From: Macrostomum hystrix
Taxonomy: Eukaryota; Animalia; Platyhelminthes
Length of the DNA: 64,000 bases
Direction of reading: 5' to 3'
NCBI GenBank assembly: GCA_950097015.1
Contig: CATNEN010000038.1
Location: forward strand, 14,384,001 to 14,448,000
Part shown: positions 12,102 to 23,280 of the stretch, one piece after another
Numbering within the stretch: the first letter of the stretch is position 1
Layout: the number at the start of each line of letters is the position of its first letter
Program-made: the position numbers and the translations under genes
Notes under the pieces: model-generated
What the model was told of the DNA's origin: nothing
Databases searched by the model: none
Seen by the model: only the letters and a program-made list of their open reading frames with translations

Positions 12102-12744
12102 GGGTAATGTATTATCAACCGAACAGTGTATCTTCAAAACCGAACAAGAAATTTGACTCCTTCCTTGGTCTCGTGCAAGACAGAAACAAGCTATTGTGTT
12201 TCACAGAACAACTAATTTGAAAGTTGAAGAAATTATCTACAAGCTGAGGCATGATGTGCAATGAAGCATTAAGAGGAAAGAAAGATATTGATGTTTCAGT
12301 AGAAATTTTTATTGCAAAAGCATACTTTTTAACAACATTTTTTCAGTATGTACTTTAGACGAAGATTGTATATGGTTGCTTGCCAATTAAATGACCATAA
12401 ATGTAGTTATTTATAGAACATGAAAAATGCTTTCAAATGACATGATATATGATAGTTCACTCCTTAAAATAAGATTCAACCACTCACTCAAATTATAAAA
12501 CCAAACATCAAATTCTCTGTTTGGTTTGAAGATACATTAAAATCATTGTTCAGTTTTAGATAAAAAGCAGGAATAACTTTTTTTCTATTTGACAAAATAG
12601 CAAAAGCAGATACTTTTTAGAAAGATGTAACTGTTTTCTATAACTTGGCTTTTGATTTATCATCATATCTTAAATAGAAAATCTGTAGCTTAAGTTTGAA
12701 GTTAAAAAAATACACATTCTTGTTTGGTTGATGATACATTACCC
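12102..12744. mobile_element. MITE with ~24-bp TIRs (GGGTAATGTATYATCAACCRAACA) and TA TSD
   Basis: The left end GGGTAATGTATTATCAACCGAACA is the reverse complement of the right end TGTTTGGTTGATGATACATTACCC (2 mismatches). TA lies at 12100-12101 and 12745-12746. TIR-like copies occur internally near 12127 and 12518. No ORF. Confidence 0.75.
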
Positions 12745-15552
12745 TATAAGTATTAGTATAATAATATGAAATATGAGTATGATCATATAATTTAAGTATT
12801 TAATTTGAAAGAATACAAAACTATCCTTAAATTCTGTGAATAGTTAAAGTATGATGAGATGAGATGAGATCTCATCTCATAGGCCTAGTTAGATCTCATA
12901 GTTAGATGAGAAATAATAAAGTATGTATAAAATTTAAAATGAGTTGAGAACTAAACACTGTCATAAATTGTCTGACTACAAAAAAATCATTTTTCAGATA
13001 CACGGAGGCCAGTTACATCTAATAATAGTATAGTTATGGCTACAATTCTTATAAGTGTGAATGAAAATAATGACTTGTTGCACTGTCATGGATTTAAAGA
13101 TCTAGCTTTAGGCCTGTATCTGGTTGGACCATGGTCACAAGCTTAGTTAGTGATAAAATAACTTTAGGTCTGCAAATATTGTAATTCAGATCTAACATTT
13201 TAATCATTATAGTTTTGCAGTGAACTCATTTTCTTTTGTAATACAAATAAATAAGCTTTATATTCCCTGTGATTTATAAATGTGTTGCATAAAAAGACAA
13301 AGTAACAAAGCTAAGCTCAAAAAGGCAAGCACGATACTAGTTCAATGCAAGGAAAATGCTTAAACATTTGAACCACTAGACAGAAATCCGAGTCAGAGGA
13401 ACACACTTAACCATTTGTGACCTGTCCAACGTGGACTAAAATTTAAAGACAAAATAGACGTTGAATTAGTGCATCAGTAGCTTTGTAAGATTTAGAAAGG
13501 AATAACAAAGCGGATAAACTTTTTAGGACCAATTTCATCGAACTAAACGAAATTATGCATGTGGGATAAAATAAACTGCCTATATTAGAACAAACTGTCC
13601 CGCAATTGTTTTTAGCAGAATCAGAAAATAAAACACGCTTCGAGAGATTTGCATACATTATATTTTATCGCTGCATCAATTGATGGCTAGGTCAAAACAA
13701 GAACAACTAAGAGTGCTTCTAGTCTTACTTCTGTCAAACTATCCAAGAAAATTCTTAGCAACAGCATCTTTGCAACAGCAAGCAAGGAATATGCGGGTAC
13801 TTTTGCGTCACTAGTGTAGTGTATACTTCATATATCTGCAAAATTTAGAGAATAAAAAATTTTATATGGATTGCCAAAATGACCACAGATGTACACTTAA
13901 CTGAAAGTATAAACATGTTCAGCCGCTTTAAAATTGAACACGAAATTGTATATTTTAAATTGAATTAACATTGCTGCAGTATATTTTGTAATTTTAGGCG
14001 AGAGAGTAAATCGACAGACAGCTGCGGACGGACAACAGACAACAGACAATTAGCCAACTAATTTGTGATTGCTTTTTAATAAAAATAGTTAAATGAATAA
14101 AAAGGAAGTAAATTCCATTTTATTTTAAAGTTACTGTTGACAGCTGAGAAGTAACTTTTGCAGTATCCGCAAGTATCGTAATATCGTTTTAATGCTTTAA
14201 CGATTGCACGTGCATGTTCATGAGTGCACGTGCGATTTACTTTACAGCAGATAAAATCATCAAGGGGAAATACATAGCGTTTAGTTGTTTTTAGTCAATT
14301 TTCAGGCTTTCCCGAACTAGTAATTAATCCCTTCAGTTTCCTTTTCATTAATTTCTTCGTCTGTCTAAAAAAGTCCTTGAAGCGAGATTCAGCCATTCGA
14401 CTTCAACCAATGTCCGACCGAAGTCTATTTCCCGACGTCGATTGCAGAATAGCAGGTTGCCTGGTACTGGACTGTTCGCCGCCTGGCAACCTGGGAAAGG
14501 TACATACATATGGCCTTTAGGCCTATAGTAAGGCCAGGACGTCGTCGTCAGTTCGAGGCCATTGTCTAGACCTAGTCTCACGTGTGATTATATCTGCATT
14601 AAGTGTTAGGGCTGGCGCGGTGAATGCTGCACGATGGCTAACGCGCGACGCGCGTTTCAGAACACGCTCTGAATGCAGTTCTGGGGCTGCCTTTGATGCT
14701 TGCAGACTTCTCTCACACTCTCTGTGCTCACCTGAATCAGACAACATCACCTCTTGTTGAGAATGTGGAGTCATGCGTCAAGAGCTTAAAAAATTGAACA
14801 TTTATTTGACAAGCAGTCCCATCTAGAGGCTAATCAGTGTTTCAGTTCGATATTTATGTATTATTTTTGCTGCTTGTTTAGTTTTTCATTATTCAGAATG
14901 GCACTGTAACCATTCGAATTCGCATTTGACCCTGCCCCTGCCAATTTCAATTTAATAACATAGCTAGCATCATACTCATACTTGATGGAGCTAGATAGAG
15001 GTTACAATTAAAAGCACATTCTATGGAACTACGAGTATAAACTGTTGAGATGGGCCTGACCCCACAGCTTGTTTATTTTAACACACTCTAGTAGAGCGCG
15101 TTCTTATAGATGAGTTCGTTTCCTAATATTGTATAACTGAAAGCTATGCAGGTGGAAAAGTAGGTATTTTAGAAGCGAATGGTGAGGCTCTCTTTCTAGG
15201 ACATCAATCTCCTTCACCAGTCAGCTCTGTCTCTGTAGCTACTCAATTTCAGTGAGCCATTTTTTCTCTTCGCAAAATTTGCAGCTGAGCTCGGGGGGCA
15301 AACAATGCCGGCAGCTCTTGCCCGCACCTGCAGCCCTTGCTATTAGTGTAGGCATCGAGAAAAATAAGACTGGTCCGTGTACGCGACAGTGTTTTCTTAA
15401 CGAGACGGAGAGACAGGTGGAGACAGCATGAGCTGGATGATGCACTACTAATAGACTTGCTAGGAAAATCTCAAACTAGACTCAAGTCTGCAACGGGCAT
15501 TGGTCTATAGTAGCTTGCAGTCTATGCTTATCTGCTTGTTACAGATAGTAAC

Positions 15553-17099
15553 ATGTCGATCGCCGCAGCGTCGGTCCACCTTCCAAGCCTGCCCAGGGGC
15601 CGGCTGAACCAGATCAACGGCTCCATGAACAACTCGACACCGCCCAGAGTGACAGCAGGATTCCGCTTTCCACCAGGTGGTACGGGTGGAGTGGCTTCGA
15701 TTCGCCGGATGACCACCGTGGCACTCAGCGCCGAAGACGACGGGTGAGAATGACGTGTCACTGCAGGAGAAACTGTCCAATTTATTTTCTAACAAGAGTA
15801 ACCGACCCAAACTCGCAGATCACCTAGTGAGCTGCCAATTGAGCAGGCCCTCAATAGGGTGCGATATCGCGACTGCGATAATCCCGGCCCAGGATCCTAC
15901 AACCTGCCCGGCTCAATTGGCAGCTCGCCCTCCTGTTCTATGGGCCGGCGCACCTGGGCCGAACGAAGTGAGCACTGGTGATGTTTTGCGTTAGCGCCAA
16001 ATATATATGGAAATTAGATATTACACCTAGCTCAGTTGGCCAGATATGCAGCTGAGTGCTCAAAATCAATAATAAACATAATAATAATTGCTGAAGGGCT
16101 GCGCGGGCAATGGCACATCATTCGGTGAAACTAGACCCGCAGCCAGCGAGGAGACAACTCTACCCATTTCGCTTACTCCTGAGCACACACGCTCACAAAG
16201 GTGTGTACATCTGCCCTGACTTTCTTGTCGTCAGGTAGTGTACACTTCACTGTGCCTTGGAGGTTGGCCCTCAAGGGCGTAAATTGCACGACAAGCCCCC
16301 AAGCCTTCTCTCCGCGGCTGCGCCCCAATTTAATGTGTCCTCACCGCGGAATCGAGCATAGGGACCTTGGTGCGAGAGGCAAACGCGTTAATCGCTCTGC
16401 CACTCACCCCCTTTAAGATTCGTTAAGATTCGAACTCCCGACCTCTTGGTAAAAAGTCCGAGATTCTAACTAGTGGCTACTAGCTGAGCTGAAGCAGTGA
16501 ATGATCTCACCAGAAAAGCGTCATCGGATAACTCCGGTTATCGAGAATGCCTTTCTACAATAAACCCGTCGATAGAACTAATTGACTTCGCACAGTTCAA
16601 TCGTCAACTCGATCGGCTCCGTTTCTTTAAAGAGATTCCAGGTGCAAAGCTGTCGCTGGAGAAGACCTGGTTCTGCACCTGCGACCCCTGGCGCCAGAAG
16701 GTTGACGGTATCTACCGCGAGGAACAATGGCCGGAGCCGGCCACCTACCGGCTGCGCTCGCTGGGCCAGGCGGACCCCACCCGGCCACGGCCGCCCGGAT
16801 TCCAGTTTAACTCGCGGGCCTCCTACGACCCGGAGAGGCGGCGTCAGCTGGCCTGCCCGCCGCCAGGTGCCTACGAGGTGTCCGCCTGCGACGGCTGCCA
16901 GCGCTGCTGCCGCATCGGCTGTCGCGGCGAGACCAAGCTGTGGCCGGCCATCCTGCCCAACCCCGGGCCGGGTCGCTATGATAACGAAAAAGCTACGGCC
17001 ATGGTTACTAAGGTTGGCAGGCGGCGGTTCACGATGAAGGGGCCAAAGCTGCGAATGGACTATTCCAGGGTGCCCCTGGGCCCATTCTTCGCTTTCTGA
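15553..17099 (+). CDS. Sperm-tail PG-rich (STPG/ODF3/SHIPPO-repeat) protein, 258 aa; exons 15553-15743, 16514-17099
   Basis: Phase-2 intron GG|GTGAGA...CACCAG|A joins two ORFs in frame. P-x-P-x-x-Y motifs PEPATY, PPPGAY and PGPGRY are present, with a terminal FTMKG box after the last, as is typical of SHIPPO repeats. Confidence 0.72.
16068..16411 (-). mobile_element. tRNA-derived SINE, family 2, near full-length copy in the STPG intron
   Basis: A box TGGCAGAGCG, B-box-like CTCGATTCC, a body shared with about a dozen copies in the window, and a (TTA)n-like tail. Confidence 0.85.
16420..16486 (-). pseudogene. Degenerate tRNA-like head (pseudo-tRNA/SINE fragment)
   Basis: Minus strand TAGCCACTAGTTAGAATCTCGGACTTTTTACCAAGAGGTCGGGAGTTCGAATC has a B box but no proper acceptor stem. 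Confidence 0.5.
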
Positions 17100-17662
17100 C
17101 ATTGCTATGCACTTTCACTAATCTTTTCAGGCACGTGGGTTGCTTGATATACATTTTGCACTATTTTATTGCAGCTACATTCAAGTTCTTTCATATGAGC
17201 TGTGTACACTAAAGTTAAAAAACTAGCAGATCAACGAGCGCTGTAATGACATTAACGTATAAAAATAGTGCAGAAAAACATTACTATGTGCTTTAGTCCA
17301 TGCCTCTTGGGTATTAACCGGGAGGGGCAGAGTGAGCAGGGGGTGTGGGGGCGAAGCCCCCATTTCATACCATAGAAAAATGTGTTTGACTAAGCTATTT
17401 CTTAAATGTGGTCTGCTTAACTTTCGTCTATGAACTATGGCGCACTGTATTAGGACATTAACGCGCATCCTACGTGCGTCCTCATGTCACCAAAAGTGCA
17501 TAGCAATGTCATATCGGACACGTTAGAGTCGCTCTCTGCCATAGACTATGTTTTCTGCGCCTTGGAAGGAAGATCGCAGCCAATCTAAAGCTTGGGGGCC
17601 CAGTTTGTATTACTAGGAAGGAAGCGTAGACTTAAAGCCATAGACTAAAGTGCGTAGCAATG
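17100..17662. mobile_element. Putative non-autonomous DNA transposon (TIR CATTGCTAYGCACTTT; 7-bp near-TSD TTTCTGA/TTTCTTA)
   Basis: Inverted 16-mers at 17100 and 17647-17662, with an extra right-end copy at about 17493-17510. Flanks differ by one base. Confidence 0.5.
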
Positions 17663-17841
17663 TTTCTTATGAAATACATAAAAATTAAACGATAATTAAG
17701 TCTTGAGATGAGTGTGCATGTTCAAGAATTGTGTATGCTGAGCTTACTAAATCAATAATTGTTATAGTTGGCCTTAGGAAGCAAACGTTTTTGTAACTGC
17801 ATTCTACTGCTCTAAAATTCAAATGCTTTGCATGCGAAAAC

Positions 17842-17877
17842 CAAGGACCACTAGAAGAAGACTTCTAGTGGTCCTTG
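17842..17877. mobile_element. 36-bp palindromic transposon remnant/excision footprint with 8-bp TSD GCGAAAAC
   Basis: Reads GCGAAAAC|CAAGGACCACTAGAAG-AAGA-CTTCTAGTGGTCCTTG|GCGAAAAC. Confidence 0.85.
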
Positions 17878-18681
17878 GCGAAAACTGCTACTCAAAGTAG
17901 TTGAAGTTGTTTCTTGTACAGTTAAATCTTCTCTATTTAGCCTCGTAAAAACTCTCTAGAGATGTATTAAGCTATTGAGACAGCAGCTGCTAATGAAATC
18001 TTCTGCTTGGCCGCTTCGATGCTCTGTGTGCATAAATATAGTCCTTAAAATATGCTGCAGAAAAGCTCGAACGGGCCTCTATAGTTACTGTATACCTGCC
18101 TCTGCCTGGTAGTTCTGCTCAGCTGCTTTCTTGAGTTCTGATTGTAAAAGTCTAGGCCATGCAGCGCTGCAATGCGAGTTTGAATGCTTAAGAGGACCCC
18201 TGCCAGCTGTTTACTCAAGATAATTAGCCAAGTGGTAAAGGCAGCGAATTGGGTGAGCTAGCAGACTTGGAAAAAATCCTGCAGAGTATAATTTGACCAT
18301 GGTAAATAAGAAACACTCTACTACAACGATATACTGTTATAACTACTTGCAGAATGTGTTTCGCAATCATTGCATTTTGAGCCACGCTCTTCGTCTATTG
18401 CTTTGAACAACAAAATAGCGAGACAAGTCGAAGGACTAGAAGGTCAAAATAATTATAATTGAACAAATTAGCAGATAAAGCACCAAATTAAATTCTTTGG
18501 ATAATAATTTCCAATGAATAAAAGTTTTTGTGGGTAGTAGGTAATTAGCTATGCTTATTGATTGCACTGGCTAGGTAGCTGTATCCACGTGCTGTGTAAA
18601 GCAGGTTGGATTTAAAAGTAATGAAACTTCTAGTCGAGTTGAGAGTTACGCTTGGCTTTCAAGTTACGATTTATTTCAGAA

Positions 18682-21600
18682 ATGCAGCCGCAATCAACCC
18701 ACCATTCGTTTCTCCTGTGTTCGGCGATCGCATTTGTTCTGCTGGCAGCGCCTTGCATCAGTGCAGTTACCCTGGACGAGTGCTTCAACAAGCCGCTGAT
18801 CAAGCTATGTGAGAACTGCATCGACGTCTACTGCCAGGAGCGTCTGGTTGAGTTCTGCGACACCTTTCCGAACTCCAACACCTGCGCTACCCCGGCTGGT
18901 AAAAAGGCCTACGTTGACGGCTTGAAAGCTGGCGTCATTATAAACTGCGGCTTCATTACAGAGCCAACTTCACCGGTAACGCCGGTGACTGCGCCCACAC
19001 CTCTGCCTGAGATTTCAACTGAAGCAACACCTGGGACAGTTGCGACCGAAACAGCTGGCACAGGTGCCACGGAGACAACTGGATTCATGACGGAGAATAC
19101 AATCTCTACCACAGCTTTGCCCGAAGTGACATCAAGCAGTCTGATCCCTATCACTGTTCAACCTGGAACTACAGCGGAAACAACTAGTGTCGATACTCTT
19201 GTACCCTCTGAGACAACAGCCAGTAGTACGACTACTGAAGTAGAAACTTCAGCGTTACCAACAGATACAAGTCAAAATGAAGAAACTTCGAGTACAAAGA
19301 AACTAGAACAAACGGCAACAATAGTTCTCCCGGACACAAGTCAAACAGTCGAAGCCTCGTCAACCCTTCCTCAGACAAATCAACCTGAGATCACGACGAC
19401 GCCATCTTCTGAAACAACACAACCAGAAGATACAACGACGTCATCCGCAGAGACAAGTCGATCAGAAGAGACAGCGACTAGCACTGCAGCGTCCGAAACA
19501 AACGAGACTCCAGTGACGACCACTGCGGCTCCGGAAACAAACGAGCCTCCTGTGACGACCACTGCGGCTCCGGAAACAAACGAGCCTCCAGTGACGACCA
19601 CTGCGGCTCCGGAAACAAACGAGCCTGCGACGACTACTGCGGCTCCGGAAACAAACGAGCCTCCAGTGACGACCACTGCGGCTCCGGAAACAAACGAGCC
19701 TCCAGTGACGACCACTGCGGCTCCGGAAACAAACGAGCCTGTGACGACTACTGCGGCTCCGGAAACAAACCAGCCTCCTGTGACGACTACTGTGGCTCCG
19801 GAAACAAACGAGCCTCCAGTGACAACTACTGCTTCACCGGAAACAAACGAGCCTGTGACGACCACTGCGGCTCCGGAAACAAACGAGCCTCCTGTGACGA
19901 CTACTGCGGCTCCGGAAACAAACGAGCCTCCAGTGACGACCACTGCGGCTCCGGAAACAAACGAGCCTCCTGTGACGACCACTGCGGCTCCGGAAACAAA
20001 CGAGCCAGTGACGACTACTGCGGCACCGGAAACAAACGAGCCTCCTGTGACGACTACTGCGGCTCCGGAAACAAACGAGCCTCCTGTGACGACTACTGCG
20101 GCTCCGGAAACAAACGAGCCTCCAGTGACGACCACTGCGGCTCCGGAAACAAACGAGCCTGTGACGTCTACTGCGGCTCCGGAAACAAACGAGCCTCCAG
20201 TGACGACCACTGCGGCTCCGGAAACAAACGAGCCTCCAGTGACGACCACTGCGGCTCCGGAAACAAACGAGCCTGTGACGACTACTGCGGCTCCGGAAAC
20301 AAACCAGCCTCCTGTGACGACTACTGTGGCTCCGGAAACAAACGAGCCTCCAGTGACAACTACTGCTTCACCGGAAACAAACGAGCCTGTGACGACCACT
20401 GCGGCTCCGGAAACAAACGAGCCTCCTGTGACGACTACTGCGGCTCCGGAAACAAACGAGCCTCCAGTGACGACCACTGCGGCTCCGGAAACAAACGAGC
20501 CTCCTGTGACGACCACTGCGGCTCCGGAAACAAACGAGCCAGTGACGACTACTGCGGCACCGGAAACAAACGAGCCTCCTGTGACGACTACTGCGGCTCC
20601 GGAAACAAACGAGCCTCCTGTGACGACTACTGCGGCTCCGGAAACAAACGAGCCTCCAGTGACGACCACTGCGGCTCCGGAAACAAACGAGCCTGTGACG
20701 TCTACTGCGGCTCCGGAAACAAACGAGCCTCCTGTGACGACTACTGCGGCTCCGGAAACAAACGAGCCTCCTGTGACGACCACTGCGGCTCCGGAAACAA
20801 ACGAGCCTGTGACGACTACTGCGGCTCCGGAAACAAACGAGCCTCCAGTGACGACCACTGCGGCTCCGGAAACAAACGAGCCTGTGACGACCACTGCGGC
20901 TCCGGAAACAAACGAGCCTGTGACGACTACTGCGGCTCCAGAAACAAACGAGCCTCCAGTGACGACCACTGCGGCTCCGGAAACAAACGAGCCTGTGACG
21001 ACTACTGCGGCTCCAGAAACAAACGAGCCTCCAGTGACGACCACTGCGGCTCCGGAAACAAACGAGCCTCCTGTGACGACTACTGTGGCTCCGGAAACAA
21101 ACGAGCCTCCAGTGACGACCACTGCGGCTCCGGAAACAAACGAGCCTCCTGTGACGACTACTGTGGCTCCGGAAACAAACGAGCCTCCTGTGACGACTAC
21201 TGTGGCTCCAGAAACAAACGAGCCTCCAGTGACGACCACTGCGGCTCCGGAAACAAACGAGCCTCCTGTGACGACTACTGTGGCTCCGGAAACAAACGAG
21301 CCTCCTGTGACGACCACTGCGGCTCCGGAAACAAACGAGCCTCCTGTGACGACTACTGTGGCTCCGGAAACAAACGAGCCTCCAGTGACGACCACTGCGG
21401 CTCCGGAAACAAACGAGCCTCCTGTGACGACTACTGTGGCTCCGGAAACAAACGAGCCTCCAGTTACAACTACTGCTTCACCGGAAACAAACGAGCCTGT
21501 GACGACTACTGTGGCTCCGGCCACAAACAAACCCCCTGTGACGACACTTTGCTCGACGACCCGCCCGGATCACCACCATCCAAACAATGCTCAGAACAAT

Positions 21601-21792
21601 TATTTTCATCACAGACCGCATCAGCGATACCAGCGCTGGCATCGCCATGGACACTTCCGACGCCGTCGGTACTACTGGCGCAGACAACGACCTGGAGGCT
21701 TCAGGCATGGTACTCGAAGATTTAAAAATGAAGGCCGGGGCTTCAGGCATGGCGGTAGAGGCTTCAGGCGCGGCAGGGGTCGAAGGGGCTAA
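18682..21792 (+). CDS. Secreted mucin-like protein, 1036 aa: signal peptide, Cys-rich domain, T/P/E-rich 12-13 aa repeats, Arg/His/Gly-rich tail
   Basis: ATG 18682 follows the acceptor TTATTTCAG. Hydrophobic leader FLLCSAIAFVLLAAPCISA. Repeat length changes are whole codons (36/39 bp) and most variation is synonymous or conservative. AATAAA at about 21993. Confidence 0.85.
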   Translation: MQPQSTHHSFLLCSAIAFVLLAAPCISAVTLDECFNKPLIKLCENCIDVYCQERLVEFCDTFPNSNTCATPAGKKAYVDGLKAGVIINCGFITEPTSPVTPVTAPTPLPEISTEATPGTVATETAGTGATETTGFMTENTISTTALPEVTSSSLIPITVQPGTTAETTSVDTLVPSETTASSTTTEVETSALPTDTSQNEETSSTKKLEQTATIVLPDTSQTVEASSTLPQTNQPEITTTPSSETTQPEDTTTSSAETSRSEETATSTAASETNETPVTTTAAPETNEPPVTTTAAPETNEPPVTTTAAPETNEPATTTAAPETNEPPVTTTAAPETNEPPVTTTAAPETNEPVTTTAAPETNQPPVTTTVAPETNEPPVTTTASPETNEPVTTTAAPETNEPPVTTTAAPETNEPPVTTTAAPETNEPPVTTTAAPETNEPVTTTAAPETNEPPVTTTAAPETNEPPVTTTAAPETNEPPVTTTAAPETNEPVTSTAAPETNEPPVTTTAAPETNEPPVTTTAAPETNEPVTTTAAPETNQPPVTTTVAPETNEPPVTTTASPETNEPVTTTAAPETNEPPVTTTAAPETNEPPVTTTAAPETNEPPVTTTAAPETNEPVTTTAAPETNEPPVTTTAAPETNEPPVTTTAAPETNEPPVTTTAAPETNEPVTSTAAPETNEPPVTTTAAPETNEPPVTTTAAPETNEPVTTTAAPETNEPPVTTTAAPETNEPVTTTAAPETNEPVTTTAAPETNEPPVTTTAAPETNEPVTTTAAPETNEPPVTTTAAPETNEPPVTTTVAPETNEPPVTTTAAPETNEPPVTTTVAPETNEPPVTTTVAPETNEPPVTTTAAPETNEPPVTTTVAPETNEPPVTTTAAPETNEPPVTTTVAPETNEPPVTTTAAPETNEPPVTTTVAPETNEPPVTTTASPETNEPVTTTVAPATNKPPVTTLCSTTRPDHHHPNNAQNNYFHHRPHQRYQRWHRHGHFRRRRYYWRRQRPGGFRHGTRRFKNEGRGFRHGGRGFRRGRGRRG
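19495..21540 (+). repeat. Coding tandem repeat, 39/36 bp (PETNEP[P]VTTTAA), about 54 units
   Basis: Direct periodicity, with a 534-bp higher-order duplication. Confidence 0.95.
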
Positions 21793-22107
21793 CTAATGCG
21801 AGCAATTACTTGTTTTTATAAGTTTTCAGTACAACTGTTATTCCTCCCTACGTGGAGCGGAGTCTCTACTGAGTAGTGGCGTCATTACAGTGACGAAATT
21901 ACCAACACTAAAATTTCCAGTTTGGTAACTATATTTATAGGCATACTATATTATAAACTAAGTTTAATTTATTTATTTTTCTTTGTTCATTAAATAAACA
22001 TTTTCTTGTAGGTTTTATATTAAGGCTTAAAACTTACAGTAAGCCTATTTTTTATCGTTATCGTTATTTTTTGTATAATCATAAAAGTTGCAATAACTAT
22101 TTACTGC

Positions 22108-22350
22108 CTCTCTCCCTCCAATCTCACAGATCTCCCCCCAATCTCACAGATCTCTCTCCAATCTCACAGATCTCTCTCGAATCTCACAGACCTCTCTCCA
22201 ATCTCACAGGCCTCTCTCCAATCTCAGATCTCTCTCCAATCTCACAGATCTCTCTCTAATCTCACAGATCTCTCTAATCTCACATATCTCTCTCCAATCT
22301 CAAAGATCTCTCTCCAATCTCACAGATCTCTCTCTAATCTCATATCTCTC
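22108..22350. repeat. 20-bp minisatellite (ATCTCACAGATCTCTCTCCA)
   Basis: Tandem periodicity of 20. Confidence 0.9.
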
Positions 22351-22919
22351 ACAAAAACTTTTTATACTCCTAATTAACTTTTGGCAGACTTTTCTTTTAT
22401 ACTTGTATCTTAGCAATGTCCTTCCTTAGCATCTTCCTTATCTTGCGTTGAGCTCCTGAGCTCCTGACAGAGAGAGAGAGAGTAGCTCAATAGATAGGCT
22501 GGTGCGAGTACAACAGGCTGGATAATGCGTTTAATAAAGGACTTAATGAAGAAAGATGATTTCCATATAAAGCTAGCAGGTCCATGATTCTGTTATAAGA
22601 ATAGGAAAGAAATGGATAGGGAGAATGGAACACCCTAAAGGACGGACTGAATCCAATATTAGACTAGAGATTTTCTAGAAGTCGATCTTCATTATGACGG
22701 GAAAATTACACTTTTTTCTTCATCACACGAGCTACATAATTGGGATAATTGACTATCCCCGCTGCAAAGGCAAAGTATAAAATGACAGTTTGCGCATCAC
22801 TTGAACCTTGAGGGACCTAGTGGAGTCGACACAAATTAATTGAGGCACAAGTAGACAAACGAGTAAACGCAGGAAAAGTATGATGTGACACATGAGGGAG
22901 GCTATCAGAGAAAGATGAA

Positions 22920-23280
22920 AACTATCAGAGCCCTGGGGGGAGATTATCGGAGACAAGTTGAGATTATCAGAGACATGGAGAGATTTTCAGAGACAGGTAC
23001 TGATTACCAGAGACAGGTAAAGATAATCAAAGACAGGTAGAGATAATCAGAGACAGGTAGAGATTATCAGAGACAGGTAGAGATTATCAGAGACAGTTAG
23101 AGATTATCAGAGACAGACAGAGATTATCAGAGACAAGTTAAGATTATCAGAGACAGGTAGAGATTATCAGAGACAGGTAGAGACTATCAGAGCCAGCTAG
23201 AGATTATCAGAGACAGGCAGAGATTATCAGATACAGGCAGAGATTATCAGAGACAGGTAAAGATTGTCAAAGACAGGGAG
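22920..23280. repeat. 20-bp minisatellite (AGATTATCAGAGACAGGTAG)
   Basis: Tandem periodicity of 20. Confidence 0.9.

Noticed and set aside
14454-14655. Hairpin CAGGTTGCC...GGCAACCTG and palindrome ACGCGCGACGCGCGT
   Set aside because: Short, single-copy, with no TSD or known RNA motif; cannot be distinguished from chance.
19380-21530. 716-aa antisense ORF (VVVTGGSFVSGAA)
   Set aside because: Antisense shadow of the mucin repeat.
21587-21796. Overlapping acidic ORF at the mucin 3' end
   Set aside because: Would need a frameshift to join the main ORF, which is continuous to its own stop. Kept only as a caveat.
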